From positions 23,100 to 87,099 of the forward strand of contig JBMOEW010000006.1 in assembly GCA_049314555.1 (NCBI GenBank): a stretch of DNA of 64,000 bases. Reading direction: 5' to 3'. This document shows positions 43,188-52,525 of the stretch, piece by piece. Below the pieces are notes generated by a model. The model worked only from the letters and a program-made list of their open reading frames with translations. It made no database searches and was not told where the DNA came from. How positions within the stretch are numbered: the first letter of the stretch is position 1; the number at the start of each line of letters is the position of its first letter. The translations under genes were made by a program, and so were the position numbers. Origin of the DNA: Caulobacterales bacterium. GTDB taxonomy: Bacteria > Pseudomonadota > Alphaproteobacteria > Caulobacterales > Aquidulcibacteraceae.

Positions 43188-43742
43188 ATGAAAAGCCTTT
43201 TTGCCTGCGCGACCCTGGCCGTTATCGCCGCCCTCGCCACCCCGGCTTCGGCGTCGGTCACTGTGCTCGGCAATGGAGCAGCCCGCATGTGCTATCAGGC
43301 CGCCCGCGACGGCCCCGCCAGCATGTTTGCCATTCGCGAGTGTGATGCAGCCATCGAAGCTGGCCAGCTCTCCAATGCCGATCGCGCCGCCACCTTCGTC
43401 AACCGCGGCGTGATCCACCTGCAGCGCCGCAACGCCAGCGAAGCCTTGGCCGATTTTGATGCAGCCCTCGCCATTAACCCCACCATTGGCGAAGCCCACG
43501 TCAACCGCGGCGCAGCCCTGATCCTCTTGAACCGCGCCCAGGAAGCGATCCAGGAAATCAGCCGCGGCCTGGAACTGGGTACACAAGACCCCCACGAAGC
43601 GCACTTCAACCGCGCTGTCGCCTATGAAATTCAAGGCGATCTGGCGGCGGCCTTCCGGGACTACTCCCGCGCCCAGGAACTCAAGCCAGATTGGGCGCTC
43701 CCCCAGGTCGAACTGGCACGGTTTAGCGTCGCAAGGCGCTAA
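43188..43742 (+). CDS. secreted tetratricopeptide-repeat protein (paralog of the preceding gene)
   Basis: MKSLFACATLAVIAALATPASA signal peptide, with TPR helices (HFNRAVAYEIQGDLAAAFRDYSRAQELKPDW). AGGAGG SD before ATG 43188. Confidence 0.78.
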   Translation: MKSLFACATLAVIAALATPASASVTVLGNGAARMCYQAARDGPASMFAIRECDAAIEAGQLSNADRAATFVNRGVIHLQRRNASEALADFDAALAINPTIGEAHVNRGAALILLNRAQEAIQEISRGLELGTQDPHEAHFNRAVAYEIQGDLAAAFRDYSRAQELKPDWALPQVELARFSVARR

Positions 43743-43804
43743 ACCCCTTCCCTCAGCGCCGTCCACCCCCATACTAATACCCTCAAGCAGCACAGGATTC
43801 CCCC

Positions 43805-45226
43805 ATGGCCGACGGCGCAAGCGGTGCATTTTCAGGCGTCGCAATCGACTGGAAGAAGGCCGAAAAGCAAATCGCAACGGCGGCCAAAGGGGCCGACGAT
43901 GGCGAACTCTTCGTCGAAGATAGCGTCTCTGAAAGCTTCGCCTGGGACGATGGCCGCCTGAAGTCCGCCAGCTATGACGCAACCCAAGGCTTTGGCCTGC
44001 GGATCGTCACTGGCGAAACCACGGGGTACGCCCATTCAAGCCTGGTGGACGACGCAGCCATCGGCCGCGCCGCCGAGGCCGCAGCCAGCGCCAAGCGCGG
44101 CCGCGAAGGCACCTTGGCAGAGGGTCCCCGCCGCACCAATCGCCACCGCTACGAAGACATCAACCCCTTGGACGCCCCAAGCTTCGTCGCCAAGACAGAG
44201 CTGCTTGCCGAAATCGATGCCTACTGCCGCGCCAAAGATCCAAGCGTGGTGCAGGTCTCGGCTTCCCTGGCCGCCAACCGCCGCGCCATTGCGATCCTGC
44301 GCCCAGACGGCGCCAGATACGAAGACAATCGCCCCCTGGTACGCATCAATGTTGCGGTCACAGTGGAGCGCGACGGTCGCCGCGAAACCGGCTCCGCCGG
44401 TGCCGGTGGCAGGCGCGCCTACGAAGCCTTCCTCACCCCAAAGCGCTGGAGAGCCCTGGCGGACGAAGCCCTGCGCATCGCCCTGGTCAACCTGGACGCG
44501 ATCCCTGCCCCGGTCGGCGAGATGGATGTGGTTTTGGGCCCCGGCTGGCCCGGCGTTCTGCTCCACGAGGCGGTCGGTCACGGCCTGGAAGGCGATTTCA
44601 ACCGCAAGGGCACGTCGGCCTTCGCCGGCAAGCTCGGCGAGCGCGTGGCCGCCAAAGGCGTAACGGTGGTGGACGACGGCACCTTCATGCACCGCCGCGG
44701 CTCCCTCACGATTGACGACGAAGGCACCCCGACTGGCCGCACGGTGTTGATCGAAGACGGCATCCTGAAGGGCTATCTCCAGGATCGGCTCAACGCCCGG
44801 CTCATGGGCGTCAAACCCACAGGCAACGGCCGGCGCGAAAGCTACGCCAGCCAACCCATGCCCCGCATGACCAACACCTTCATGACCGCCGGCGACAAGA
44901 AGCCAGAAGAAATCCTCGCCAAGCTCAAACGCGGCATCTACGCCGTGAACTTTGGCGGCGGCCAGGTCGATATCACCAGCGGCAAGTTCGTGTTCCAATG
45001 CACCGAAGCCTATCTGGTGGAGAAGGGCAAAATCGTTGCCCCGGTCAAGAACGCTACCCTGATCGGCGATGGCCCCTCCGCCCTCACCCGTGTGACAATG
45101 GTGGGCGACGATCTCAAGCTAGACGACGGCGTCGGCACCTGCGGCAAGGGCGGCCAAAGCGTGCCGGTCGGCGTCGGCCAACCCACGCTGTACATCAAGG
45201 GATTGACCGTCGGCGGCGCTGGCTAA
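43805..45226 (+). CDS. tldD: metalloprotease TldD
   Basis: VLLHEAVGHGLEGDF zinc site, and C-terminal GVGTCGKGGQSVPVGVGQPTL. Confidence 0.93.
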   Translation: MADGASGAFSGVAIDWKKAEKQIATAAKGADDGELFVEDSVSESFAWDDGRLKSASYDATQGFGLRIVTGETTGYAHSSLVDDAAIGRAAEAAASAKRGREGTLAEGPRRTNRHRYEDINPLDAPSFVAKTELLAEIDAYCRAKDPSVVQVSASLAANRRAIAILRPDGARYEDNRPLVRINVAVTVERDGRRETGSAGAGGRRAYEAFLTPKRWRALADEALRIALVNLDAIPAPVGEMDVVLGPGWPGVLLHEAVGHGLEGDFNRKGTSAFAGKLGERVAAKGVTVVDDGTFMHRRGSLTIDDEGTPTGRTVLIEDGILKGYLQDRLNARLMGVKPTGNGRRESYASQPMPRMTNTFMTAGDKKPEEILAKLKRGIYAVNFGGGQVDITSGKFVFQCTEAYLVEKGKIVAPVKNATLIGDGPSALTRVTMVGDDLKLDDGVGTCGKGGQSVPVGVGQPTLYIKGLTVGGAG

Positions 45227-45270
45227 CCAACCACGCCCCACAGCTATCGGCTCAAAGCTGCAAAGACGTC

Positions 45271-45308
45271 GCAGGCGCTTGCATCCAAACCGGCAGGCGC
45301 CTGCATCC
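45271..45308. promoter_or_regulatory. 16-bp direct repeat (x2, 22-bp period), candidate operator upstream of the TonB-dependent receptor
   Basis: gcaggcgcttgcatcc (45271-45286) and gcaggcgcctgcatcc (45293-45308) are 15/16 identical. The second copy contains the perfect palindrome GCAGGCGCCTGC. Confidence 0.4.
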
Positions 45309-45390
45309 CCTGATCGTCACACAAAAACAAAAGCCTTGATTTCATCGTTTTTCGATAAGAGAAGGGGCGCTACTCAGAAGGGGTGGAACG

Positions 45391-47439
45391 ATGTTTCGCA
45401 AGGCGGCATTTCTGTTTGGCCTGATCTCGGCCGCAACGCCCGCCTTCGCCAACGAGGCCCCACAACCAGCCCCCACCGAGCCCACGACCAACGAAGCTGG
45501 CAGCACCATTTATCCGCCGGACTTCTTCGCCCAATATGCACCGCAAAACGCCCTCGACATGGTGGCCCGCGTACCAGGCTTTTCGGTCCGCGGCGGCGAT
45601 GACCGTCGCGGCTTCGGTGCCGGCGGCAATGTGCTGATCGACGGCGAACGCCCCTCCTCCAAAAGCCAGGGCCTGCGCTCCATCCTCTCGCGCATCCCCG
45701 CCGGCAACGTGGAACGCCTGGAACTGATCCGCGGCGCCTCCGGCACGGATGCCTCCGGCCAGGGCCTGATCTTGAACGTGGTGCGCCGGGATGGCGGCGG
45801 CCAAGGCCTCTACGAAGTCAGCCTCGAACACACAGAAAACGGCCGCATTTCCCCCCGCGGCGAGGCCTCTTATGCCGGCTCCTTCGGCAGCACCGAATTC
45901 ACCCTGGGTGTAGACCGCTACCTTGAAATGCGCCCGCAAGCTGGCGGCCGAATTCTGCGCGACGCGCGAAACAACCTCACCGGCACCCGCTACGACGACA
46001 CCCCCCGCACCTATCGCGAAACGGAAGTCAACGCGTCGCTGGAAACCCCAGCTTTCGGCGGCACGCTGCGCTTGAACGCCCAAGGCGGGCGCTGGCGCTT
46101 TGCCACCGATCTCGAATCCACCGGCTTCACCGCCGCCGGCGCACGCCGCGACGACTTCACCCTGTCCATCGAAGACCGCGAACGCGGCCGCGAGTTCGGC
46201 GGCGATTGGGAACGCGATCTTGGCCCTATCACCCTTAAGCTCGTGGGCTTGGACCGCGCGCACCGGTTCGCCTCCGATCAGTCCACCACCAACCGCGACG
46301 CCAACCGCCGCTTCACCGAACGCACCGAACAGTTCAACCGAACCCTAAAAACCGAGCGCATTGGAAGGATCACACTGAGCGGCTCGCCTTCCAGCACGCT
46401 CGATCTCGAAGCCGGCTTTGAAACCGCTTACAACAGCCTGGATCAAGCCCTGCGCCTATCAGAAGATTCCGGCGCTGGGTCCGTCGCCATCGCTTTGCCC
46501 TCCGCCAGCGTGCTGGTGGAAGAGGACCGCAGCGAGGCTTTCGCCCGATCAGTTTGGCGCCCGGCCCCCGCCTGGACAGTCGAAGCAGCCCTCAACGTTG
46601 AAACCTCCACCCTCACCCAATCCGGCGATACCACCCAAAGCACGGAACTCACCTATTGGAAGCCCTCGCTCCAGGTGTCGCGCACCTTCGGCGAACGCAA
46701 CCAGCTGCGCCTTCGCGTTTATCGCGACGTCAGCCAGCTCGATTTTGGCGACTTTGTTTCCGTCAGTGAACTGAACGACGACCGCGTCGCTGCCGGCAAC
46801 CCGGACCTGCGCCCCCAGGCCGATTGGCGCGTCGATGGCAAGCTGGAATTGCGCTGGGCAGAGCGCGGGGCCATGACCCTGGAGGTCAGCCGTCGCTTCA
46901 TCGAAGACGCCTCAGACTCCGTCCCCGTTGGCGGCTTCGACGCCCCCGGCAACATCGGCGATGCCGACGTGCTCGAAATCGACCTGGAAACCCAATTCCC
47001 CCTTGATGGCTTCATGCCCAATGCCCTCTTGGAGATTCAAGCTGGCTGGACAAAGACCGAAGTCACCGATCCCGTCACCCGCCTCACCCGCTCGCTGTCC
47101 GGCTTCAGCGACACCTGGTGGGAAGTGGAATTCAGCCAAGAACTTCCCCAGCACCGCCTGTCCTGGGGGGCCTCCATGTTCGCGCAGTCTGAAAATGAGC
47201 AGTTCCGGGTCGCGGAGCGCGAAACCTTCGAAGAAACCGGCTGGCTATCGGCCTACCTGGAAACCACCGCGATTGACGGCGTCAAGCTGCGGTTTTGGGG
47301 CGAAAACCTGCTGAACTTTGAAGTCCAACGCGAACGGCGATTCTTTACCCCAAATCGCAACGGCAGCTTTGTGCGAAGCGAACAGCGCCAACGCCAGTTC
47401 GGCCCGCTTTTTGGCGTGACCCTGTCTGGAACGTTCTAA
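45391..47439 (+). CDS. TonB-dependent outer-membrane receptor
   Basis: Signal peptide ...TPAFA, plug region ALDMVARVPGFSVRGG...GNVLIDGERP...VERLELIRG, a long beta-barrel, and a terminal aromatic residue (…TLSGTF). Confidence 0.88.
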   Translation: MFRKAAFLFGLISAATPAFANEAPQPAPTEPTTNEAGSTIYPPDFFAQYAPQNALDMVARVPGFSVRGGDDRRGFGAGGNVLIDGERPSSKSQGLRSILSRIPAGNVERLELIRGASGTDASGQGLILNVVRRDGGGQGLYEVSLEHTENGRISPRGEASYAGSFGSTEFTLGVDRYLEMRPQAGGRILRDARNNLTGTRYDDTPRTYRETEVNASLETPAFGGTLRLNAQGGRWRFATDLESTGFTAAGARRDDFTLSIEDRERGREFGGDWERDLGPITLKLVGLDRAHRFASDQSTTNRDANRRFTERTEQFNRTLKTERIGRITLSGSPSSTLDLEAGFETAYNSLDQALRLSEDSGAGSVAIALPSASVLVEEDRSEAFARSVWRPAPAWTVEAALNVETSTLTQSGDTTQSTELTYWKPSLQVSRTFGERNQLRLRVYRDVSQLDFGDFVSVSELNDDRVAAGNPDLRPQADWRVDGKLELRWAERGAMTLEVSRRFIEDASDSVPVGGFDAPGNIGDADVLEIDLETQFPLDGFMPNALLEIQAGWTKTEVTDPVTRLTRSLSGFSDTWWEVEFSQELPQHRLSWGASMFAQSENEQFRVAERETFEETGWLSAYLETTAIDGVKLRFWGENLLNFEVQRERRFFTPNRNGSFVRSEQRQRQFGPLFGVTLSGTF

Positions 47440-47457
47440 ACAAGAACACAGTAAGCC

Positions 47458-47889
47458 TTAGTAATCGAACAGCTTCTTGTCGCGCTCAGACCGTCGTTTG
47501 GCCGCCGCCACGATCTGATCGGTGAGGCTCACCACATCGCCTGTCTTTGCTTTGCCGGCCGCATCCAGGTTGTGCTCCGCGATCAGCGCCTCGAGTGCCG
47601 CGGCCGACAGCCCCGCGACCGCAGCGCGCAATCCCCCTTCGCCATCCTTGGCAAACACCGCGTGCGGATTGAGCCCGCTTGGCGCAACCTCTGGTGCTGC
47701 ATCGAACACGCTAGGCTCCGCCGGTTGCGTGCTTTCGGCCTCCACCTCCGCCAGCAGCCCCTCGTCCACCGCACGTCCAGACGCATGCACCCGAAACACC
47801 GCATCAAGCCGCTCGGCAAAGGCCGGGTTGCGTTTGGCCTCCCGGCGCACCTCCGCCAGAAACCGGTCGAGGGTGCGCGAAACGCTCAT
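47458..47889 (-). CDS. hypothetical protein, partner of the ParA-like ATPase
   Basis: 143 aa. Its start overlaps the ParA-like stop (ATGA), and third positions are GC-rich. It has a basic N-terminus, an acidic/Pro-rich middle and a helix-extended-helix-like C-terminus. I do not recognise a family. Confidence 0.6.
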   Translation of the reverse strand: MSVSRTLDRFLAEVRREAKRNPAFAERLDAVFRVHASGRAVDEGLLAEVEAESTQPAEPSVFDAAPEVAPSGLNPHAVFAKDGEGGLRAAVAGLSAAALEALIAEHNLDAAGKAKTGDVVSLTDQIVAAAKRRSERDKKLFDY

Positions 47890-48761
47890 GCCGGTTGCGC
47901 CGCAAACGCCATTTTGGCCAGGAACTCTTCGCCAAGGCGAGCAACGATGCCCGCCATCGCCCCATATTTGCGATCAAACGACCGCGGTGTATCGGACCAT
48001 TCCGCCGCCAGCGCGATATCCACATGCTGCGGGATCCGCACCCGAAACATTTCGTCGCCCAGATTGTCGGCCAACAGGTCCGCTTCCGATCGGTGGAGGC
48101 TCATGGTTTCATCATACTTGGTCGCCAGCACAAACAGGCGCGAGTCATCCCCCCGGCGCTCGTTGATCAAACGCAGCGCGCGCTTGCGGAAGGTGATCAA
48201 ACCCAACCGCGACACATAATCCGGGATCGTCGGCACCAAGATCGCGTCCGCCGCAATCAATGCCGCCTCTGCGAACAAGGAAATCCCCGGCGGGCAGTCG
48301 ATCAAGATCACGTCGTAGTCGTTGATCACCATCCGCAGGCCCTGCGCAAACCGCTCGCAGATCCACTTTTGGATGGCGTCGATGTGAAACCCGCGCTTCA
48401 CGAAGCTTTCGATCATGTCGCGCTCGACGATGCGAAACTCCGGCGCGGCCGCCACCAGATCCACATCCGGCTTGCCAATCAGATCCGAAACCCGCTTGTC
48501 CACAAGGCTCTTGAACGGCTTGGGCTTCAGCTGAAGGGCATAGGCCTCGAAATAGAAATCGAGGGTGCGTTCGCTTTCCCGCAGGCCATCCCAGCGCTCC
48601 GGGCCGCCCACCATGATCGAGGCGTTCGTCTGTGGATCAAGGTCAATCACCAACACTCGCTTGCGGTGGTGCAGCGCCAACGTTTCAGCGAGGCTCACCG
48701 TGGTGGTGGACTTGCCCACCCCGCCCTTCATGTTGATGACCGAAATCAGCTGCGCGGCCAT
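47886..48761 (-). CDS. ParA/Soj-family P-loop ATPase (orphan, no adjacent ParB)
   Basis: Deviant Walker A NMKGGVGKSTT, then VLVIDLDPQTNAS, and Walker B DVILIDCPPG. ATG 48761 was chosen over ORF-track start 48785. Confidence 0.85.
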   Translation of the reverse strand: MAAQLISVINMKGGVGKSTTTVSLAETLALHHRKRVLVIDLDPQTNASIMVGGPERWDGLRESERTLDFYFEAYALQLKPKPFKSLVDKRVSDLIGKPDVDLVAAAPEFRIVERDMIESFVKRGFHIDAIQKWICERFAQGLRMVINDYDVILIDCPPGISLFAEAALIAADAILVPTIPDYVSRLGLITFRKRALRLINERRGDDSRLFVLATKYDETMSLHRSEADLLADNLGDEMFRVRIPQHVDIALAAEWSDTPRSFDRKYGAMAGIVARLGEEFLAKMAFAAQPA

Positions 48762-48953
48762 TCTGGCAACCCTTCTCAAACCCACCCGTTAAGGGTCTGG
48801 AAACTGAGATGAGACCGTGACTTTTTGGTTAAAGTGAGGAGGGCGCGCACCACAAACATGTGTGCCGATCGCCGCGACTAGGCAAATTGACACAGCCCCG
48901 TCGCATACCGCTGCTACGTCCGCCCAACAAACGGTCACGGGCGGGCACCACGC

Positions 48954-50441
48954 ATGAGCACCCAAAACATCCGGTCAGGCATCCTCAAAGCGGTGATCGC
49001 GGGCATTGCTGGCCTGATGGCGATGGCGGCCACCCCCGCCCTGGCTCACGGCCCAGAAGACGGGCACGCCCACGCTATTCCCCCCTGGCAGGACGCCTCC
49101 CCCTGGCCAGATCGCATCGTTGCCACCTTGACCGCAGATCCCGCCCACGCGATCGCCGTCACCTGGCGCACTGACGCGAGCGCCCCTAACGCTCAAGCCC
49201 AAATCGCCCGCGCCACCCCCGATGCCCGCTTCGACCAGTTCGCCGAAACCTACATGGCCCTGTCAGAGCCCCTGGATCTCACCCAAGTGCCCAACGCCGG
49301 CAGCCTGTTTGCCATCACGGACAATGCGGGCCTGGAGCCGGTGGTTTATCACAGCGTCACCTTCACCGATTTGGAACCGAACACGCTCTATGCCTACCGC
49401 GTACGCGGCGCTGAAAACGTCTGGAGCGAGTGGTTCCAGATCCGCACCGCCCCCACCGACGGCCCGGTGAGCTTCATCTACCTTGGCGATGCGCAAAACG
49501 GCATCCTCACCCATTGGGCGCGCACCGTGCGCCAGGCCTACGCCACCGCCCCCCACGCAGGCTTCATCCTGCACGCCGGCGATCTGGTAGACCGCGGCTC
49601 GCGCGACTTTGAATGGGCTCAGTGGTTCCGCGCTGTTGGCTTTATCCACGCCATGGTTCCCGCCGCACCTGTGGCGGGCAATCACGAGTATTTCCGGGTT
49701 GGTTTGCCTGAAGCAGAGGCCCAGCGCCTCCTGTCGATCCTCTGGCGCCCACAATGGACGCTACCCCAAACGCCAGCCCTGCAAGCCAACCTCCAAGAGA
49801 CAGTTTACGAGGTTCGCTACACACGCGACCTCCACATTTTTGTCCTGGACACCCAAGGCCCAGACCTGGAAGCCCAGGCCGCCTGGCTCAACACCCGCCT
49901 GCAAGCCAGCGATGCCCGCTGGCGCGTGGTGTCGTTTCACCATCCGGTGTTTTCCTCCGGCCGTGATCGCGACGACGTGCGCCGCCGCGAGATCCTGTTG
50001 CCCGTGCTGCGGGCCAACAACGTAGACCTCGTGCTCCAGGGCCATGACCACACCTACGCGCGCGGTGCCCTTGCCCCCCAAACGCCGCAGCGCACCGCAG
50101 AGGTCGGCACCGAGGGCGGGATCGGCCCGATGTTTGTGAACTCAGTGTCTGGCGCGAAGATGTACAACTGGCGCGAAAATCGCTGGGACGATTACGCCGA
50201 CGAAGGCGTCACCCTGGACCGGTTGGCCGAAAACACCCAGTTCTATCAGGTGATCGACATCGACGGCCCGCGCCTCACCTACCGCGCGTTCACCGCCGAT
50301 GGGCAACTCTATGATGCCTTCATGATGGAAAAGGACGCCGCCGGCGCGCGCCGCCTGCTGCAAGGCCCCGTCAGCACGATGGGCGAACGGCGCTTTGAAA
50401 ACACCTTCCCCTACCCCGGCACCGACGGCTTAAACAACTAA
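48954..50441 (+). CDS. secreted metallophosphoesterase (purple acid phosphatase-like)
   Basis: Signal peptide ...TPALA, a PAP N-terminal-like domain (VTWRTD...YAYRV), and motifs GDAQ, HAGDLVDRG, GNHEY, HHPVFSSG, GHDHTYAR. Confidence 0.85.
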   Translation: MSTQNIRSGILKAVIAGIAGLMAMAATPALAHGPEDGHAHAIPPWQDASPWPDRIVATLTADPAHAIAVTWRTDASAPNAQAQIARATPDARFDQFAETYMALSEPLDLTQVPNAGSLFAITDNAGLEPVVYHSVTFTDLEPNTLYAYRVRGAENVWSEWFQIRTAPTDGPVSFIYLGDAQNGILTHWARTVRQAYATAPHAGFILHAGDLVDRGSRDFEWAQWFRAVGFIHAMVPAAPVAGNHEYFRVGLPEAEAQRLLSILWRPQWTLPQTPALQANLQETVYEVRYTRDLHIFVLDTQGPDLEAQAAWLNTRLQASDARWRVVSFHHPVFSSGRDRDDVRRREILLPVLRANNVDLVLQGHDHTYARGALAPQTPQRTAEVGTEGGIGPMFVNSVSGAKMYNWRENRWDDYADEGVTLDRLAENTQFYQVIDIDGPRLTYRAFTADGQLYDAFMMEKDAAGARRLLQGPVSTMGERRFENTFPYPGTDGLNN

Positions 50442-50854
50442 CAGGACCATTGACCAACGGCGATCTAACGAGGCCGAAAAAAAACGCTAGCTTTCGCCAC
50501 CTTGGAAACGGGCACCCGCCAGAAAAGAGCGCCACGTCGGTTAATCGTGGCGTCCGCGGCTGGTCCGAAATTTCAGAAATCGCCGTTCGACGAAAATGGA
50601 ACGCAAGGTAAGCGACCGGTAAACCAGCAATAAAAAAAGATTATGTCGTCTTGTTTCTTCAAAAAAAACTCCAAAGCAAGACCGGAAAACTCAAGTGTTA
50701 TTGTAGCCCAATCTCTGATCCCAAACCTGGATTTTGGGTTAATTTACCTTAACCTCAAACAGAAATGCAGCCAGCTCAAGCTTAGAACTCACTTTAACTT
50801 TATGGTTACCGTTGAGGAACCAAAACGACTGCCGGAAAGCCGGAGTACACAGTC

Positions 50855-52525
50855 ATGGCGAAGTCGATTCGATCGTTAGTGGTTTGGGCCGGAGCGGCAA
50901 GTGTTTCGATTTCCGCCGTGATCGCAGCGATCGGAATACAGCAGATCAGCACGCTTTCGGGTGCCCTGTCGGAATCGACAAAGACGCTGGAAGCGCTCCG
51001 TCGGCACGTCGAAGGCGACATGTTGCACGACGGCTTGCGCGCCGATGTTCTGGCCGCGCTGTCCAATCCCGCTGAAACAGGCCTGCCCCTCGAGCAGGTG
51101 GCAGCCGATACCGCCGAGCACGCCGCCTGGTTCCGTCGCCTTGTGGAAGAGAATCGCACTGCCGGCCTTTCTCCGGAGATTCAATCAGCCCTTGCGGGCG
51201 TCGAGCCCGCCCTCGACGCCTACATCGAAGCAGCAACTGAGATCGTCCGCCTTGCCGGCACGGATCGGGCCGCAGCGGTGGCTGCATTGCCGCGGTTCCA
51301 AGAGAGGTTCGAGGCGCTTGAAGTCAGCATGGAGGCGACCTCCGATCAGATCCAGCTGACCGCCAATCAAGATGCAGAGGCCGCCCATCAGGTTTCGGCC
51401 TGGGCACCGATTATCCTCATCGCGGCACTGGCAGGTGCGATCGCCCTGTTGATCACGCTGCTCGCCCTGGCCAACAAACATGTGATCCGCCCCATTTCAG
51501 ATCTCACAGACACCATGGCGCAACTTTCCAACGACAAGCTTGATATCGAGCTGCCACACCAGGGCCGGCAAGATGAACTCGGACATATGGCACGGGCCCT
51601 CGCCCACTTCCGGGATGCAGCCCTCGATCGCCGCGCGCTCCAGGCGCAAAACCAATCCGCCACCATTGAGTTGGAGCGCGCAAACCGAACCGCGTCCCTC
51701 ATTCAGACCTTTGAAGCGGAACTGGCGGGCGTCCTATCGGTGCTCGACACCACCTTCCGCGACATGGAAAACAGCGCGAACGCCCTGGTGTCTGTGAACG
51801 CATCCGCGCAATCACAGGCCAGCGACTCGAGCTCTTCGGCCAATGCCGCCGCCACCAACGTTCAAAACATCGCAGCCGCAGCCGAAGAGCTGACGGCCTC
51901 GATCAACGACATCTCGCGCTCTATGACGCAGTCGTGCCGCATCGCCGGCGACGCCTTCCAACTGGGCCAGGACGCTGACGAGTCCGTGCAAAGCTTGGCG
52001 CAAGCGGCCGACGCAATCGGACAAGTGGTCTCGATGATTGGCGACATCGCTGCCCAAACAAATCTGCTTGCGTTGAACGCCACCATCGAAGCGGCGCGCG
52101 CCGGCGAAAGCGGGCGCGGATTCGCCGTTGTCGCAGCGGAAGTGAAAACCCTGGCCAGCCAGACCGCTTCAGCCACCGAAAACATCACCAAGCGCATCGC
52201 CGAAGTGCAAGCCGGCACCCAACGCACGGTTCAAGCCGTGCGAACGGTCGTTGGCATGATCGAAAGGGTCCAGGCCCTCAGCGATGAAACCGCCACCTCC
52301 GCCAACCAGCAGGCGGCAGCGACACAGGGCATATCCGTCGACGTCGCCATCGCCGCTGAATCAGTGGCGAGCGCCGCCTCCAGCGCCGAGAGCGTACACA
52401 GCGCAACAAGCAAAGCCGGCACCCTTGGCACTCAAGTCATGGAGCGCGCCCACAGTGTGCAAAATCAGTCCGAACGCCTGCGTGAAGCTGCCGCCGGCTT
52501 CTTCCGTGCTTTGAAGGTCGCCTGA
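50855..52525 (+). CDS. methyl-accepting chemotaxis protein
   Basis: TM1, a helical periplasmic domain of about 165 aa, TM2, then HAMP ([14 protein letters not shown]...[10 protein letters not shown]). The conserved signalling hairpin is [37 protein letters not shown]. Confidence 0.92.
   Translation: MAKSIRSLVVWAGAASVSISAVIAAIGIQQISTLSGALSESTKTLEALRRHVEGDMLHDGLRADVLAALSNPAETGLPLEQVAADTAEHAAWFRRLVEENRTAGLSPEIQSALAGVEPALDAYIEAATEIVRLAGTDRAAAVAALPRFQERFEALEVSMEATSDQIQLTANQDAEAAHQVSAWAPIILIAALAGAIALLITLLALANKHVIRPISDLTDTMAQLSNDKLDIELPHQGRQDELGHMARALAHFRDAALDRRALQAQNQSATIELERANRTASLIQTFEAELAGVLSVLDTTFRDMENSANALVSVNASAQSQASDSSSSANAAATNVQNIAAAAEELTASINDISRSMTQSCRIAGDAFQLGQDADESVQSLAQAADAIGQVVSMIGDIAAQTNLLALNATIEAARAGESGRGFAVVAAEVKTLASQTASATENITKRIAEVQAGTQRTVQAVRTVVGMIERVQALSDETATSANQQAAATQGISVDVAIAAESVASAASSAESVHSATSKAGTLGTQVMERAHSVQNQSERLREAAAGFFRALKVA

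Noticed and set aside
50643-50879. 78-aa ORF inside the AT-rich leader
   Set aside because: There is no SD, codon usage is unlike the rest of the window, it runs into the MCP start in another frame, and the sequence has no recognisable features.
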